A stretch of DNA of 64,000 nt from Saprolegnia diclina VS20 (GCF_000281045.1 NW_008246075.1:181476-245475), one strand, 5' to 3'; shown: positions 25,406 through 38,894, counted from the first letter of the stretch. Numbers and translations: made by a program. Notes: generated by a model from the letters alone, not told the origin.

Positions 25406-26201
25406 CTAGCCAGTAGGCAGCAACGGTATTTTATTATGCCAACGTCGAATAAAAATGCCCGGTAAAAACGCAGAAACGCACCCGGTAAAGTTCGAGAGAA
25501 GACATCCCATCAAGTGCGCTTTGGTCGCGGCGAATCGAAACTGCCCACGCGCGCTTGACTCGGCGCCAGCATTCTTGACGACGACAACCACTCGCAGCAG
25601 CGTCGCTTCAACAAGATACCGTGAGAGCTTTTCTTGCGCAAGGAGGCTCGCTGCATTCGCTGGCGGCGCCGGTAACGCACGAACGGCCATTGCACACAGG
25701 CGGTTGGAGACGTTGCCGGTGTGAAACACACACATTCTGCAACGCGGCGCCTCTTGGATTCGCTGCCTCGCTCCTGCGCAGTTATTATAAGTATAGTCGC
25801 AGCTCAGAACTGGCTGCGGTAGTCGCGTAATGCCCAGCAAGACAGAATGCATTACTTTATAAATTGCACAGACGCACGCGCGTGCAATGCAAGACATGCC
25901 GGCTTCTGGGCAGTCGACTGCATGTGAGTTGGGGGCTGCTCATGATAGCCAATAGAGCTCTACATCACGGTGCTGAGCTGGCCTGCAACAAAAATCCCGT
26001 TGAGGCCACGATTCTGACACGCTTTTCAATGCTGCTAAGAAGAAGCAAACTACCGTACAGCCAACATCGGTCGATTCCTCAACTGGGTCGGACTTCGTAG
26101 GTTTTTTCAGGCGGTTAAATATGACGCAGTGCGTTTTTTGCGTTTTTACCGGATAATTCCGTGCGGCCCAATCGTTGGACGGTATCTTGTCATCATCGAG
26201 C

Positions 26202-29035
26202 ATGGGAGTCGCCGTGGCCGTCGCGAGCCAAGAGTTTGACCGATTCACGGCGCGATGCCGCCTGCCTCTGAAGCTCATGGAGGCGCGGCGCTGGTCCAAT
26301 GGTGCGCCGATCGTCGTCTTCTCCGGGACGAAGGCCTACCTCTGCAAGGCCCATGCAACGCGCCACGCAGCGATCGCCTTTGATGCGTCCGTGGCGATCC
26401 CGGCCAGTGCCGTCGCGTCGCTTCGCCGTAGCGCCGTGAATGTAGCACCCTCCGTTGATGTGGCACTTGTTACAGCAAAGCTACAGCCAGCTACAACCGT
26501 CTCGATGGAGCCCGTGGGCATCGCGCCGGAGACAATCAACCGCATGCTGCAGCATGGCGTGTGCCAGCGGCTCCTTCAAGACGCAACCCGCCGCCTCATT
26601 GTCCAGGAATCCGCCGTTGTCTACCTGCCGCTCCCGTCCTACGGCCCGTACGCAGACGCCGATGCGCTTGCCAAGCACCTAAAATTTCGCGTCACGCGAA
26701 CGGCCCCGGCGAATGGACCAGTCCGCATCGTTCGTGCAACACGCGTCAACCTCTTTCGAGCCCAGACATCTCCTGCCTCCGACGGCATGACCGTAGACGC
26801 TCCGTTGCCTGCGCCAACGAGTTCGTCGACATCGATTGGGGGTCTCGACAAAGAGCTGGCGATGATCGAGGAGCTCATTCGGCTGGCTGTCGATCACAAC
26901 GACCTTCCTGCGCGCCTCGGCGTGGCTTTGCCCAAGGGCGTGTTGCTGTCTGGCCCTCCAGGAGTCGGCAAGACGCTTCTCGTCCGTACTGCCACACGCA
27001 ACCTCCAAGGTGTCGTGATTGTGTTGTCGATGCTCGGAGTCAAGCCACTCGTGTAGGCGAATGTCATTTGCAGCTGCATGTCATCAACGGTGCCGAAATT
27101 CTCTCGCGAGGCGTCGGGGAAGCTGAAGCAACGCTTCGCGCCATCTTTGCTGAAGGTCGTGCCTTCACTGCCACGTCACAGCGCCACGTGTTCTGCCTCT
27201 TCCTCGACGAGCTCGATGCGCTCTGCCCCGCGCGCGACACGAGTGCGCGAGCGCACAGCCGCATTGTCGCACAGCTGTTGACGCTAATGGACGGCATCGA
27301 TGCCAAGGACACGGCGCCTCGCGTCCTCGTCTTTGGCGCAACCAACCTCCCCAATGCCATCGACCCCGCGCTCCGGCGCCCTGGTACGCTCTCATTTGCG
27401 TCCTTGACAATTGGATCTCACGCACGTGTAGGACGTTTTGACCGAGAGGTGGCGCTGCGTCCGCCTGATGCTGCCGCGCGCGAAGCTATCCTACGCGTGC
27501 ACCTGCGCCAGATTCCGTTGCCAACGCACGTATCCAGAGATGACGTCGCAGCGCTCTTGGCACCCAAGTGCGAATTTGCAATCGCATCAATCGTGAGATC
27601 ATGTACCACGTAGATGCATTGGCTATGTCGGTGCGGATCTGGCGTCGCTCTGCCGGCAGGCGTGCATCATCGCGTGTCGTCGCCAAGAGACGTCCCGTGC
27701 GTCGCCACCGCGCATCCTCCGTTTCCTGCGCAACCAACAGTTCTCGGCCATGTACTGGGGTTACTGCAGGTGGCCTTCGACTGAGGGTACGCCAGCAAAC
27801 GCATCATCGCCATACCCACAATTGTTTGTAGTCGAAAATCCCGATGATGACGGCGCCTTCGTCACGCCCCAAGACTTTGTGGACGCCATGGCATTGACTC
27901 CGGCGTCGGCGCTCCGAGGCGCCAAAACATTCACGAAAGAATCCTCTGCCACTGTGACATGGGCAGATATTGGCGGCCTGGAGGATGTCAAGCTCTCGCT
28001 GCAGCAAGCCGTCGAGTGGCCGCTTCAGTTTCCCGAGACGTTTACACGCCTCAATCTTAAGGTACCGCCTTCAGCTCGTGCATGGCTACATCTGCGTGTT
28101 TCTAGCCACCGCGGGGTATCCTTTTGTATGGCCCCCCAGGCTGCAGCAAGAGCACTATCGTTCGCGCCTGCGCCTATGCGTCGCACGCAACCTTTCTCAC
28201 GCTCAGCGCCGCCGACGTCTTCTCGCCGTACTTCGGCGACGCTGAAGCGGCGATTCGCCAGGTCTTGGAGCTTGCCCATCTGCATCGTTCTTATCTGCAA
28301 GGAGTAGGTTTTCCGAGATGCGCGGGCGGCGACACCGGCGATCATCTTCATGGATGAAATCGATGCCATCGTGTCCAAGCGAGACTTTGCCGACGGTGGA
28401 TCGGGCGGTTTGTTCGTGGTGCACTGCTCTATCTGATGGCACGGCTAGGCTCTGGCATGGCCCTGCGCGTGCTCTCTACGCTGCTAAACGAGATGGACGG
28501 CGTCGAGGCCACTGATGGTAGCAACGAGTAACTTCGTCGGCATTTTGCTCACGATGTTCGAAAGGATTGCTCGTTATCGGAGCCACCAATCGTCCCGACA
28601 TGATTGATGCAGCGCTGCTTCGTCCCGGTCGCTTCGATCGTGTGCTGTATGTGCCGCTGCCGGAAGCTGCTGATCGACTCCACGTACGATCAATAAACTC
28701 GGCGGCTAGGATTTGATCAACTTCTGTGTAGATTCTCAAGATTCACACGGCGCATGCGCGTCTGTCGGCAGATGTCGACTTGATGGCGATCGCTCACAGC
28801 ACGCCCTACTTTAGCGGCGCCGAGCTCGAGGTATGCAATCACTCTCGTCCAACGATCCTGTGCGTACGGCTTGATCTAGAATGTGTGCCGGGAGGCGGCG
28901 TTGCTCGCACTTCGCGAAGACATAACTGCCGACGCTATCGAGATGCGCCACTTGGTCGCTGCGCAGGCGACCGTCCGCCCCGTCTCGACACCGGCGTCGA
29001 TCGCCCACTACGTTGCGTTTCAAGACGCCGAGTGA
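26202..29035 (+). CDS. Two-ring AAA+ ATPase of the CDC48/AFG2 family (SPATA5L1/AFG2B-like), multi-exon
   Basis: D1: [46 protein letters not shown]2: [49 protein letters not shown]. Confidence 0.9.
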
Positions 29036-29054
29036 GCTAGTTCCTAATCTTCTA

Positions 29055-29782
29055 TTACGTAGTAGCATAGTTTTGACTATCTGCAGCATCAGCAAACCAC
29101 TCGAAGGGAGTGACACCAGCCTCCTTCCAATACGACGGACCATAGTTGACAAGAAGCTGCGTCCCGGGAGCAATCGGCTCCAGCGTTCTCTACCCAAAAC
29201 GCATGAGACGGTGCATACGCGAGCACGGGGAATGCGTACGCAGACGATGTGCAGGAAGCCGCGGTGGAGGACGGACGCAAGCCGGCAGTTGAAGTGACGG
29301 AAACTGTGGTTCACGCACCGGATGATATTGCCGTACTCGTTTGCGCTCACAACCATGTTGCCATCTTCAAAGACCGACGGGTAAGCGAGGCCGTAGCTGT
29401 CAAAGCCGTCGCCTCGGTCGACCTGGACGACGCCCGTGTATTCACCAATGAGCGTGTCGCCAGCGATCGGCGCCGTCGCAAATAATCCGAGCTGCTCTCC
29501 GACACCGGGAATCGAAATCGGCCGCACATCGACAAGCGCGTGCACGGCACCGGCATCGAGCTGCGCGGCGTCGGCTGGCGAGAGTTCTGGAAACTCGGAC
29601 CCGGTCGTGAAGCCCCAGAACCCGTAGTTGCGCAGCTCCGAGGAGCTCTGGAAAAGAAGCTTGGGCGTGTAAATGCAGCGCATGCGGTCACTGGCTTCGT
29701 CATAGGACACTCGTTGACCCTCGAAGGACACGGCGCCGTCAACCTCGTCCGGGTCGCCTCGGTCAAGGCAGTGATGCTGCAT
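29055..29782 (-). CDS. Stand-alone SET-domain lysine methyltransferase (one intron)
   Basis: Contains LGLFATAPI..DTLIGEYTGVV, GNIIRCVNHS and I.PGTQLLVNYGPSYW. The start codon is uncertain (29782 or further upstream). Confidence 0.85.
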
Positions 29783-30568
29783 CGATCGAGTTTTCAAATT
29801 GCTTGCAACTGGACCAATCAGACAGCGTGCCATCTGCGTTTTATAGGTTGAATTGCTAGACCACGTTTTAACACGGTAAAATCCGTTCGAGTCTGGACCT
29901 TCTCGGTCAACGGGAAGACCCCAACACTGAATTGTATACACCACCCTGAGCACCGATAGCGACCCGCCTGCAATAGTGTCGAGGTGGCTCACGTGTGCTC
30001 AAGGACGCCGGTGCGCTTGCATGGTCAAGCTGATGTCGCTGGGAATACCCCGAGCCCTAGTGCCGAATCAACAAGCCTTTGAGTTTGCCACTTGACGCCT
30101 CTTGATCTGTTAGAGACTTTTCGCCTCCAATAATATCACACGAACATCGCGTGGTGAGTCGACGTTTGAAAGCGATTTGCTCGATTTATCCGAGCGCGCT
30201 TCATCTTCCCGTACACAGTCCAACGCCACGTTTTCATGTCGTCCGATGGAGTGACCGTTGACCGAAGTGACAGTGCTGGTGCCGCTGATAGGATTCGGGT
30301 GGGACTAGTGGCCTTTCTCCTTCGAGACTCAAACGACTTGGCTCTCCTCATCAACACCAACCATCTCAAAGTTATAATAACGCTGTTTTATTGCTCATCG
30401 CCCCTCGCACGGGCTTTAGTTTTGGCTTGTTAGCCGTCGGCGCTAGGCAGGTGATGACCCCAAGTCGATGGAGTCCGACCGCCCTTTCCTGTTCGGATAG
30501 GTTTCCGGCAGCGGTGGTTTCCGTTTCGACGGAAGAAACCACTTTCACATTCGCCGGGCTCCAACAAG

Positions 30569-32232
30569 ATGGCGTCGACGTCCGTGCTGCAGCACTTTGA
30601 GACGTACCAAAAGGCACGGGTGAGCTTCGTCCAGGCCGTCGCAGAGGCAGCGACGCGCCCGCAGAACATCGAGGTCATGCAGAACGCCGGAGTAATGCAG
30701 CTCCTTCGCCCGCTCCTACTGGACAACGTACTCCCAAATGGTTTCCAACTTGACGAAAACGCTGCCAAATTAGGTACCTAGCATTCAGCAGTCGGCAGCG
30801 CTGGCCTTGGGTCGGCTCGCCAACTACAGCGACGACCTGGCCGAAGCCATTGTTGGCAACGAAATTCTACCGCAGCTTGTCTACTCACTCTCAGAGCAAA
30901 ACCGATTCTATAAGAAGGCTGCGGCTTTCGTGCTTCGCGCAGTGGCCAAGCACTCGCCAGAGCTCGCTCAAGCCGTCGTCGACTCTGGTATTCAAAGCCG
31001 CCCACGTATTTGCATCGACGTCGCGATCTAGGTGCGCTCGAGGCGCTGGTCCCGTGCCTCGAAGAGTTTGACCCGACCGTGAAGGAGGCCGCGGCGTGGG
31101 CGATCGGGTACATTGCGCAACACACGAGCGAACTCGCGCAGAGCGTTGTGGACGCTGGCGCCGTGCCTCTCCTCGTGCTCTGCATCCAAGAGCCCGAAAT
31201 CACCCTCAAGCGCGTCGCAGCCTCAGCGCTTAGCGACATTGCAAAGCACTCACCCGAGCTCGCGCAGGCAGTGCTTGACCCAGGGGCCGTAGCGTACCTG
31301 GCCCCGCTCGTGCAGCACCCGGACGCCAAACTCAAGCGGTACTGCTGGCTATCCATGTACTCTTCATGATATAGGTGCATAGGCAAGTATGCAGCTGCCT
31401 CGCGCAGATCGCGAAGCACTCGGTGGATTTGGCCGAGGTCGTCGTCGAGGCCGAGATCTTCCCCAACATTTTGCACAACCTCAACGACATCGACCACTGC
31501 GTGCGCAAGAACGCGGCGACTTGCATCCGTGAAATCGCCAAGCATACACCGGAGCTCGCCAAGCTCATTGTCAATGCTGGCGGCGCCTCGACGCTTGTCG
31601 ACTACGTGGCCGAGGCGTCGGGCAACAACAAGCTTCCGGGCATCATGGCGATCGGGTACATTTCCGCTTTCAGCGAGACGCTGGCGCTGGCCATCATCAC
31701 GACCAAGGGCATTGCGCCTGTCAAAAACGCCCTCGTCTCAGAGCCCGAAGACCACATCAAGGCGGCGAGCGCCTGGACGCTGGGACAGATTGGGCGCCAC
31801 ACACCCGACCACGCGCGCGCGATTGCTGAGGCCGACGTGCTCCGGCACTTGCTCGCGTGCATGATCCACCCGAATTCATCGGACGACCTCAAGACCAAGG
31901 CGAAGCGCGCGCTCAAGTCGATTCTCGCCAAGTGCACGCACCTTCAGGCGCTCCAGCCGCTACTGCGCGACGCGCCCATGAAGGTCCAAAAGTACATTCT
32001 CAAGCAGTTTGCGCAAATGCTACCCCACGATCTCGAGGCGCGCAGGTCCTTTGTGCAGAACGGCGGCCTTCAGTTCCTTCAGGAGCTCAGCGAGGCGGCG
32101 GGTGGAAAGCTCACCGAGTACATCATGGAGATCAACAATTGCTACCCGCCCGAGATTGTCGAGTATTACTCGCCCAACTACTCCAAGACACTCCTCGACA
32201 AGCTCGACGAGTACCAGCCCCAAGTGCGGTAA
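30569..32232 (+). CDS. SPAG6: Axonemal central-pair armadillo protein PF16/SPAG6, multi-exon
   Basis: Contains FETYQKARVSFVQAVAE.ATRPQNIEVM, LGRLANY, QNRFYKKAAAFVLRAVAKHSPELAQ, EPEDHIKAASAWTLGQIGRHTP and INNCYPPEIVEYYSP.YS. Confidence 0.96.
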
Positions 32233-32471
32233 GGCAGCTATAAGAAACAGCTTGCGCTTAACCAAGTGTATATATGTATGCACACCATTGTCGAAGTCGG
32301 CTGGTCCGAGTACCTACGGTGGAGTGCCACCGTAATGTGCTTGCATGGGGCATGGCGCCAAAGATCGCAGAAGATCGCCATGGACCGCATTTTTTAATAC
32401 TTTATACAGGTTTATCCGGACAGTTCCTGACCTGCTCACGGCCAATAAATCGCATTTTGCCCCAGTCCATC

Positions 32472-33368
32472 ATGCTGTCCCGCGCCGTCCTTCGCCTCAA
32501 CGCGTCGCCGCTGGCCTTCACCGTGGCCCGCAGCTTCTCGGGCGCTGCGCCCAAGGCGGCTGCGCGCCCGACGCGCCCGAAGCACTCGGGTCCGCCCACG
32601 CTCCAGTCGACGGTCGCAGAGATCAAGTACCTCAGCCAGGTCTACTCGATCGCGGCCGCGTCGGCGCACTTGCCCAAGAAGAAGCTCGAGTTCGTCGTCC
32701 GCGAGATCAAGGGCGAGAAGGACCTCCCGCTTGTGCGCGAAGCGCTTGAGCTGTACGAAAGCCGGTTCCTCCACATCCCGACGTACTGCTCGGGCACGTT
32801 TGTGAGCAAGTGCATCAAGACGGGTCAGGCCGACTTGGCCCTCGAGTGGATGCAGGGCAGCAAGAAGCTCTCCAAGCACATTGAGAATGGCTCGGCGGCC
32901 AACCTCATCGCCGCCTTTGCGGAAAAGGGCGAGTTCGAGAAGGGCCTCCAGGTCTACACCGTCCTCAAGGCCCACGGCATTGAGATGACGACCAAGGTCT
33001 TCACGTCCTTGATCCAGTACGCCCTTTCGCTTTTGCGCCGAATCCTGGACTCACGCGTGACAATTGCTGCAGGTTGAGCAAGGCGCAGGGCAACATGGAC
33101 CAGGCGTGGGCCTTTGCCCTCGAAGGCTGGTAGGCTCAAGGGTGCGATGTTTCGGTTTCCTGACGTCATGATTCGTAGCTCGGGCAAGATGCTCAACGCC
33201 CACGGCCTCATCACGCTCCTCAAGGACTTGCCTGCGGACGACGTCGCTGCCAAGGCGGCGCACGTCAAGCAGCTCATGACCCTCGGCGACGTGCACTCCA
33301 ACGCGACGCTCGACAAGCTCCTCGCGCCGGCCGCTGCCGTCGAAGAAGAGGCCGTCGCGGCCGAGTAA
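32472..33368 (+). CDS. Mitochondrion-targeted PPR-like helical repeat protein (two exons)
   Basis: Arg/Ser-rich presequence MLSRAVLRLNASPLAFTVARSFS, plus PPR-like repeats (ANLIAAFAEKGEFEKGLQVYTVLKAHGIEMTTKVFTSLIQ). Confidence 0.7.
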
Positions 33369-33437
33369 GCTATAACATCCCTCTAGATAGAAGAAGAATC
33401 AAAACCCATGCGCGTTGTTATACACAAGACTACACTC

Positions 33438-36259
33438 TTAGTCGTAAATCGGGTCCGAGAGCAGAGGGTCCGAATACTGGCTCTCGTCCTTGCGCTTGGC
33501 AACGCGCTTCATCTCGACCAAGCCAAAGCCCAGCATCGCGAGGAACGCCACGACGCAGACGACAGCGCCGACCGCGTTGGACGTCGACGCTCCGTGGCCG
33601 TCGATCGCGTCCGCTTTTGTGTGCAGCCGGCTCTCGTGGTACGACCCAGGCGGCGTCGTCTCGGCCGCCATCTCGATGGGGTCACTCTCCGTCTTGGTCG
33701 CGTTGCTCTTCGGAACGGCCTTGAGCTCCGGGTAGAGGCTCCAGACGTAGTGGATATCGGTGAGCGACATCTTGTCGCGTTGGCCCATCTCGTTGAGCAC
33801 TTCTTGGCGCGCGTAGACATCTTCGATGCGCGGAATGACACTCATGCAGCTGCGTGCCGATGCGTTCACGAACGCGTCCGACCGGTGGTGCATGATGCTG
33901 TAGTAGTCGTACGGCACTTCGGCACCGACGATCGCGACGGCTCCCGCGCCATAGATGGCCTCCAAGTGCTCGACGGCAAAGTACGACCGCTTCGTCTTGT
34001 CGACGCACTCCCACGCGATCGCGACATGCGCGTCTCTGTCGGGCCGCACGAGCGGGTGATGCAGACCAATCGCGTGCAAAAGCACGTGCACAAGGTTGCC
34101 AAAAGCGCAGTCGTTCGAGACGCCGAGCGCCTGGCGACCGCCCACGCGCCCCACAAACGAGTAGCAGGACGCAGACGTTGGCACAAAGTCGACAAAGTCG
34201 TCGCAGTCGTCGAGGTGGTCGTCGCAGTACCACTCGTGGCACTCGAGAAAGGTGAAGCCCGTATTGGTCGTGATGTGGTCCATGACAGCGACCAAGTCGC
34301 TGCGACGGCTCGCGAGACCAGGATCCACCGTGTAGCACATCTTGGCCTAGCGCGCTCCTGAGCACAATATTATTCATCGACAATATGACGTACGTTCTTC
34401 CAGCGGTTGTCCTTCTCCATGTTGTAGTAGCCGTGCAGGAGGTAAAAATGGTAGTCGTTGTCCATCTCGTCGAGCGTGTCAAAAAACCCAAACGAAATAC
34501 CCACGGCAATGTCGCCTTGCGTCACCATGACGTCGTCCTCGACGAGCACGTAGTCGAGCTCGTTGCCGTTCACGACGATCTTGCCGCTCTTCTTGCCCGC
34601 GAGCGAGACGTCTTCGGCCACGTACCGGCACGAGTTGTCGCTGGAGCTGCGCACCATGCCAGCGCCGCACGCCGGCAGGCGGTTCGTTGCGACCGTCGGC
34701 ACGCACAGCATGCCACCATCCGTCGATTTGATTGTCGTGAGCGCGTTTGCAGGCCCGGGGCCAATCTGCAGATCGTAGCCCGACTTGCAGCTGCAGTCGC
34801 TGAGCTTGGTCACCGGCCAGTTGTTGATGATGGCATTGGCGGGACAGAGCGCCGACGGTCCCGTTGGCGGCGGCGCATTACACACCATGGTGTCGTTGTC
34901 GCTCTCGCCGACAAAGCGCTGCGAAAATGCTTGAAACTCGGCGCCCAGCATTGACGGCGGCTCTGCTACACGGCCGTGGACGCAGGCGCAGTCGTCGTTG
35001 GGGGCGTGCACGGGCCAATGCAGCACGATCGCGTGCATTGGGCAACCGTTCTCGTTGAGCGGCGGCTTGGCGTCGCACGAGCTGTTGCGATCGTTGCGCA
35101 AGTAGCCCTTGGCGCAGTGGCAGTCCATAAAGTCGAGCGCTGGCAGAGATGGGTACGGGTTGAACGCGTGTGGCGGGCACTTGTAAAAGTCGGGTGTCCA
35201 GTCGCACGACTGCATGCCGTAGTTGGGCACGAAGCCTGGAAGGCACTGGCACTGCCGCATCGAGTACGGGTGCGGCGCCATCGCGACGGCAAAGTCGGGG
35301 CACGTAAACTCAGCGACAGGCAACGACGCGCCGCGCAAGATGCCGTTGCTCAACGGCTGCTTGCACATCTCGAGTTTTTCGTCGCGCTCAAACCCGACCG
35401 CACACTCGCACTGCATAAAGTTGCTGGGCGCCGTGGCGAGCGACGGCATCGGGCGCGAGTGTGGCGGGCAAATGAACGTCGGCGTCTCGGTCACGCAGTA
35501 GTCGCTCGGCCCCGCCTTCTCGTTGCTTGTCGGACTGCGCACGTAACCCCAATCACATGTGCAGTCGGAGAGCGACTTGGCATATCCTTGCTTTGGCGGC
35601 GACGCGTGCGCTGGGCACGAAAACTGCAGGAAGCATTCGCCACTCTGCGCGTTCTTGGTGTACGGCGCAGTGCAATCGCAGTCGGCCAGTGAATGCACCG
35701 GTCCAACGAGCGACGCTTTCTTCACATAGTTGGCCGCGCGCGGGCAGTGGTCCAAGTAGCATTCGCCCGTCGCGTCGTCCTTCGTGTACGGTTCTTGACA
35801 CGCACAGTCTGCGATCGACCGCGCATGGACAAGACCGGACTTGAGCACGTACCGACCACGACACGCGATTGCGTCGATGCAAGCGCCACCAATCTCGTCG
35901 CGTTGCAGCCCTGGCTTGCACTCACAGTCGGCAAACGCCTTGGGGTGCAGCACCTTGGCCGAAGCACCTTTGGGGCAGCGAAAGTTCAGCGAGAGGCTGG
36001 GCAGCGCCTGACCAAGGAGGAGTCGCCCAGAGAGCCTATTGTCGAGACCCGCGGTCTTGCCGCCGTTGAGGCACAGACAATCTTCGGCCGACTCCATGTC
36101 CTGGGGCAGAAACATGGCCTCGCACGGCGCCGGACACACTAGAAGACGACGCATGAGACCCACCCTTGGCGTAAGCATCCGATGCGACGAACCGAAGAAG
36201 CCTTGCGCATGGACCTGCGCCAAGAAGGCCGCGCAAACGACCGCTACGACGCGAGCCAT
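33438..36259 (-). CDS. Type I membrane astacin (M12A)-like protein with 10 N-terminal Cys-rich repeats; catalytic Glu absent
   Basis: Signal peptide; 10 repeats of C(P)...[DQ]CxC; pro-segment QGDI; SCYSFVGRVGGRQAL; HVLLHAIGLHHPLVRPDRD; YDYYSIMHH; TM AVVCVVAFLAMLGFGLV; short cytoplasmic tail. Confidence 0.9.
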
Positions 36260-36264
36260 GCGAT

Positions 36265-36281
36265 GCAAATGTCGAAATGAA
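36265..36281 (-). promoter_or_regulatory. Oomycete INR+FPR core promoter of the astacin-like gene
   Basis: Minus strand reads TTCATTTCGACATTTGC, immediately upstream of ATG 36259. Confidence 0.6.
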
Positions 36282-36589
36282 AAGGCAATCGCGATCTTTT
36301 CGAGGATCTTTCGACATCCGGATATTTTTTAGAAAGTCCCGCATGTTATCCGGGATTTCAGACATGGAAACCCTGACCCTCGCGTGGCGCAAGGTTGCTG
36401 AGCTAATTTGGCCAAAAAGTTGCTTGGGAAGAAAATCGATTCAAGCTGACCAGGCATGGCTCAATCTTGCAGTGTGCTTCAGTGTGGGAACCACCTGTTA
36501 ACTAGTGTGCACACCTTCCCGCAATAGCACTAGATGAACTGCGATTTACCAAAATAGGCAGGTCGAAACTGCGTCGCGCCAGACCGGAA

Positions 36590-38843
36590 ATGGCGTCGCT
36601 CAATGGTCTGCCGCCGATTCCAAGGTCGCAGCAGAACTGGGGCAAGCTACCGACGAGTGGCCAAGACAAGGTGGCGCCGGGCTCGGCGCGAAGGCTCACG
36701 TCACCGCAAAGCGCATCGACAACGCGCCGTAGCCTGAACGTGTCAATGGCCCACCTCTCTATCTTGCGCCCCAACAACTCGACTGCGAGCCTCGTAGACG
36801 CCTCGCCACGCAACCAAGGCGACGACGGAAACCAAACGCCGAGCGAAGGCGACTCCGAAGCCTTTAGCCTGCTGCTCGACAGCAGTACTCTCTCCCAGTC
36901 GTCGGCGCGCGATGGCCCGTAGGTGTCGACAGCATGCGACAGCTCATTCAGGCTCGTAGCGACGTGCACGACGAGCTCCAGCGCGTTCAGGCGCACAACT
37001 CGACACTGCAAAACGAGGTTGCGCGGCTCCAAGAGTCGCTCGTTCAACGGTTCCCATCCTACTTTCTTTCAAGTAGCGCTAAGAAATTGTGTAGCATGCG
37101 CGGGAACTCTAAATTCGTGGGTGGCGGCCAGTTTCGGTCTTCGATTGCGACGGCAACGAGTCCCAAGCCCATATCAGGATGCTCCAACTGCTTTTCACTC
37201 CGTGCGGCTATCAAGAAGCTCAAGACGGACGCCAAGTCGGCCAAACCGGTCGTGGACGACCTCCAAGTCAAGGTCCATAACTCTGCAAAAGCGGACTTGA
37301 TACGACGATCGACCCTCATAGCTCTCGGAAGGCCACGTCCAGCGCCAGGCCCTCGCGGTTGCAAGCGCCAAGAAAGACCAGCAACTGGCCGACGCACTGA
37401 CGCGCCTCGAGAGCGCCGAGATCACGATTGCAAACCAACGCGCGCAGCTCGAAGAGTGCGTCATGTCGACCGAGACGCAGCCCACTCATGCTGCGTAGGC
37501 TCGATGCGGATCTCCAGAGCTTACGCGGGCACGCGGTCGGATCCAGCGCCGACGCAACGGACGAGTTGGTCGCAAAGCTACAGCAACAAATCGAGTTGAC
37601 GCGGGACAAACAAAAGCTGCTCGACGCCTCGCACGCGCAGCTGGAGTGCGCGCACTCCGATCTGGCAGTGGCGCGGCAGCAAACTTCAACGCTTGAAACT
37701 GCGCTGCAGTCTACGACGCAGCTCTTGGACGCAGCGCGAAGCGCCATGGACACGCTTCAAGCCCAAGCTCGCGCGTCTGCTACGCAAATACAACAGCGCG
37801 AGCTTGATACGCACGCGCTTCGAGTGGCACACGACCAAGTCTTGCTACAGCTGCGCTACGACGTCGAATCGTGGAAGGCGTCGGCGGCAGCAGCCCAAGC
37901 CAGCAGCAAGCAGCTCGTAGACGAGAACCAGGTGCTGACCGGGCGCATGGCCGAGCTCGAGCTCGATCAGCGCAAGCGCATGACCGCGATGGAAGAAATG
38001 GAGCGCGAGATGCAGCACTCTCAGCTGCTGCGGCGAAAAACGTCGAGCGAACTCGTGGGCTTGAACGGCCGCGTTGACGCGCTGCTCGCCGAGCTCAGCG
38101 CGGTCAAGGCTGAGCGCGACGCTGCGATCTCCGACCACTGTGCGCTACAGACACGGCTCGAGGCGGAGCTCGACATGGCGCGGCGCCAATTGAAGCAGCT
38201 CGAGAAGGCGCTGCTCTCAAAAACGTGTGAGCATACAACGCTCGAGGTCAAGGTGCGCGCACTTGAAGACGCGCGGGACGCCCAGTGCACACGCGCCGCG
38301 GAAATGCACTCGGAGCTCCGGGACCAACTCGAGAAGCTCGGCGTGGCGCAGAATCAGGTGCTCAAGCAGCGAGGGCAGGTGCACGCGCTCCAAACCGAGC
38401 TCAAGGCTGTCAAGGTCGAGAACGACGAGCTTGCCACGCGCTTGGAAGCCCAGCACCAGCTGCACACCAAAGCATTGGAAAAGGCACGTAGCTTTCTTGA
38501 CACAGCTTGAGCGCACGAGTGACGTAGGCCATGCAGTCGCTCGTGCGATTGTGCGTTGTCGCTCCCACCGTGAACGTCCACTTGTCGGGCCAGATTTTGC
38601 CCTGCAAATCGGTCTTACCGACGGTACGCACGCAGTATTGAAAGGTTGATACATATATGGATCCAGGACGCGATTCGGTCCATTGTGCAAAAGGACATTT
38701 TGCCTGTCTTTTCGTCCATTTTTCTGCAGCACGACGAAGGTACGAGTTCGGACGGATCGTCGCTCGACGCGTGGCTGCAGTCGTTGCTCAAAGAGATGCA
38801 AACGTCGATCGAGAAGCATCTCAAGAGCGTCTTCCAGTCGTAA
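36590..38843 (+). CDS. Long coiled-coil hypothetical protein, multi-exon
   Basis: Low-complexity N-terminus, a CxxC (CSNC), then more than 350 aa of heptad-rich L/E/Q/A sequence (ORF 37428-38510). The last exon ends at 38843. Confidence 0.7.
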
Positions 38844-38894
38844 ACATTTGATAGACTGATGTGGTGTTTTCAAATGCAAATGCACACTACGAGC

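Noticed and set aside
28811..29992. 393-aa ORF read as a single SET protein
   Set aside because: It reads through an intron and into the antisense strand of the AAA ATPase. The spliced gene ends at 29055.
30451..30457. GTGATGA, a possible C box of a C/D snoRNA
   Set aside because: No CTGA D box or terminal stem at an appropriate distance.
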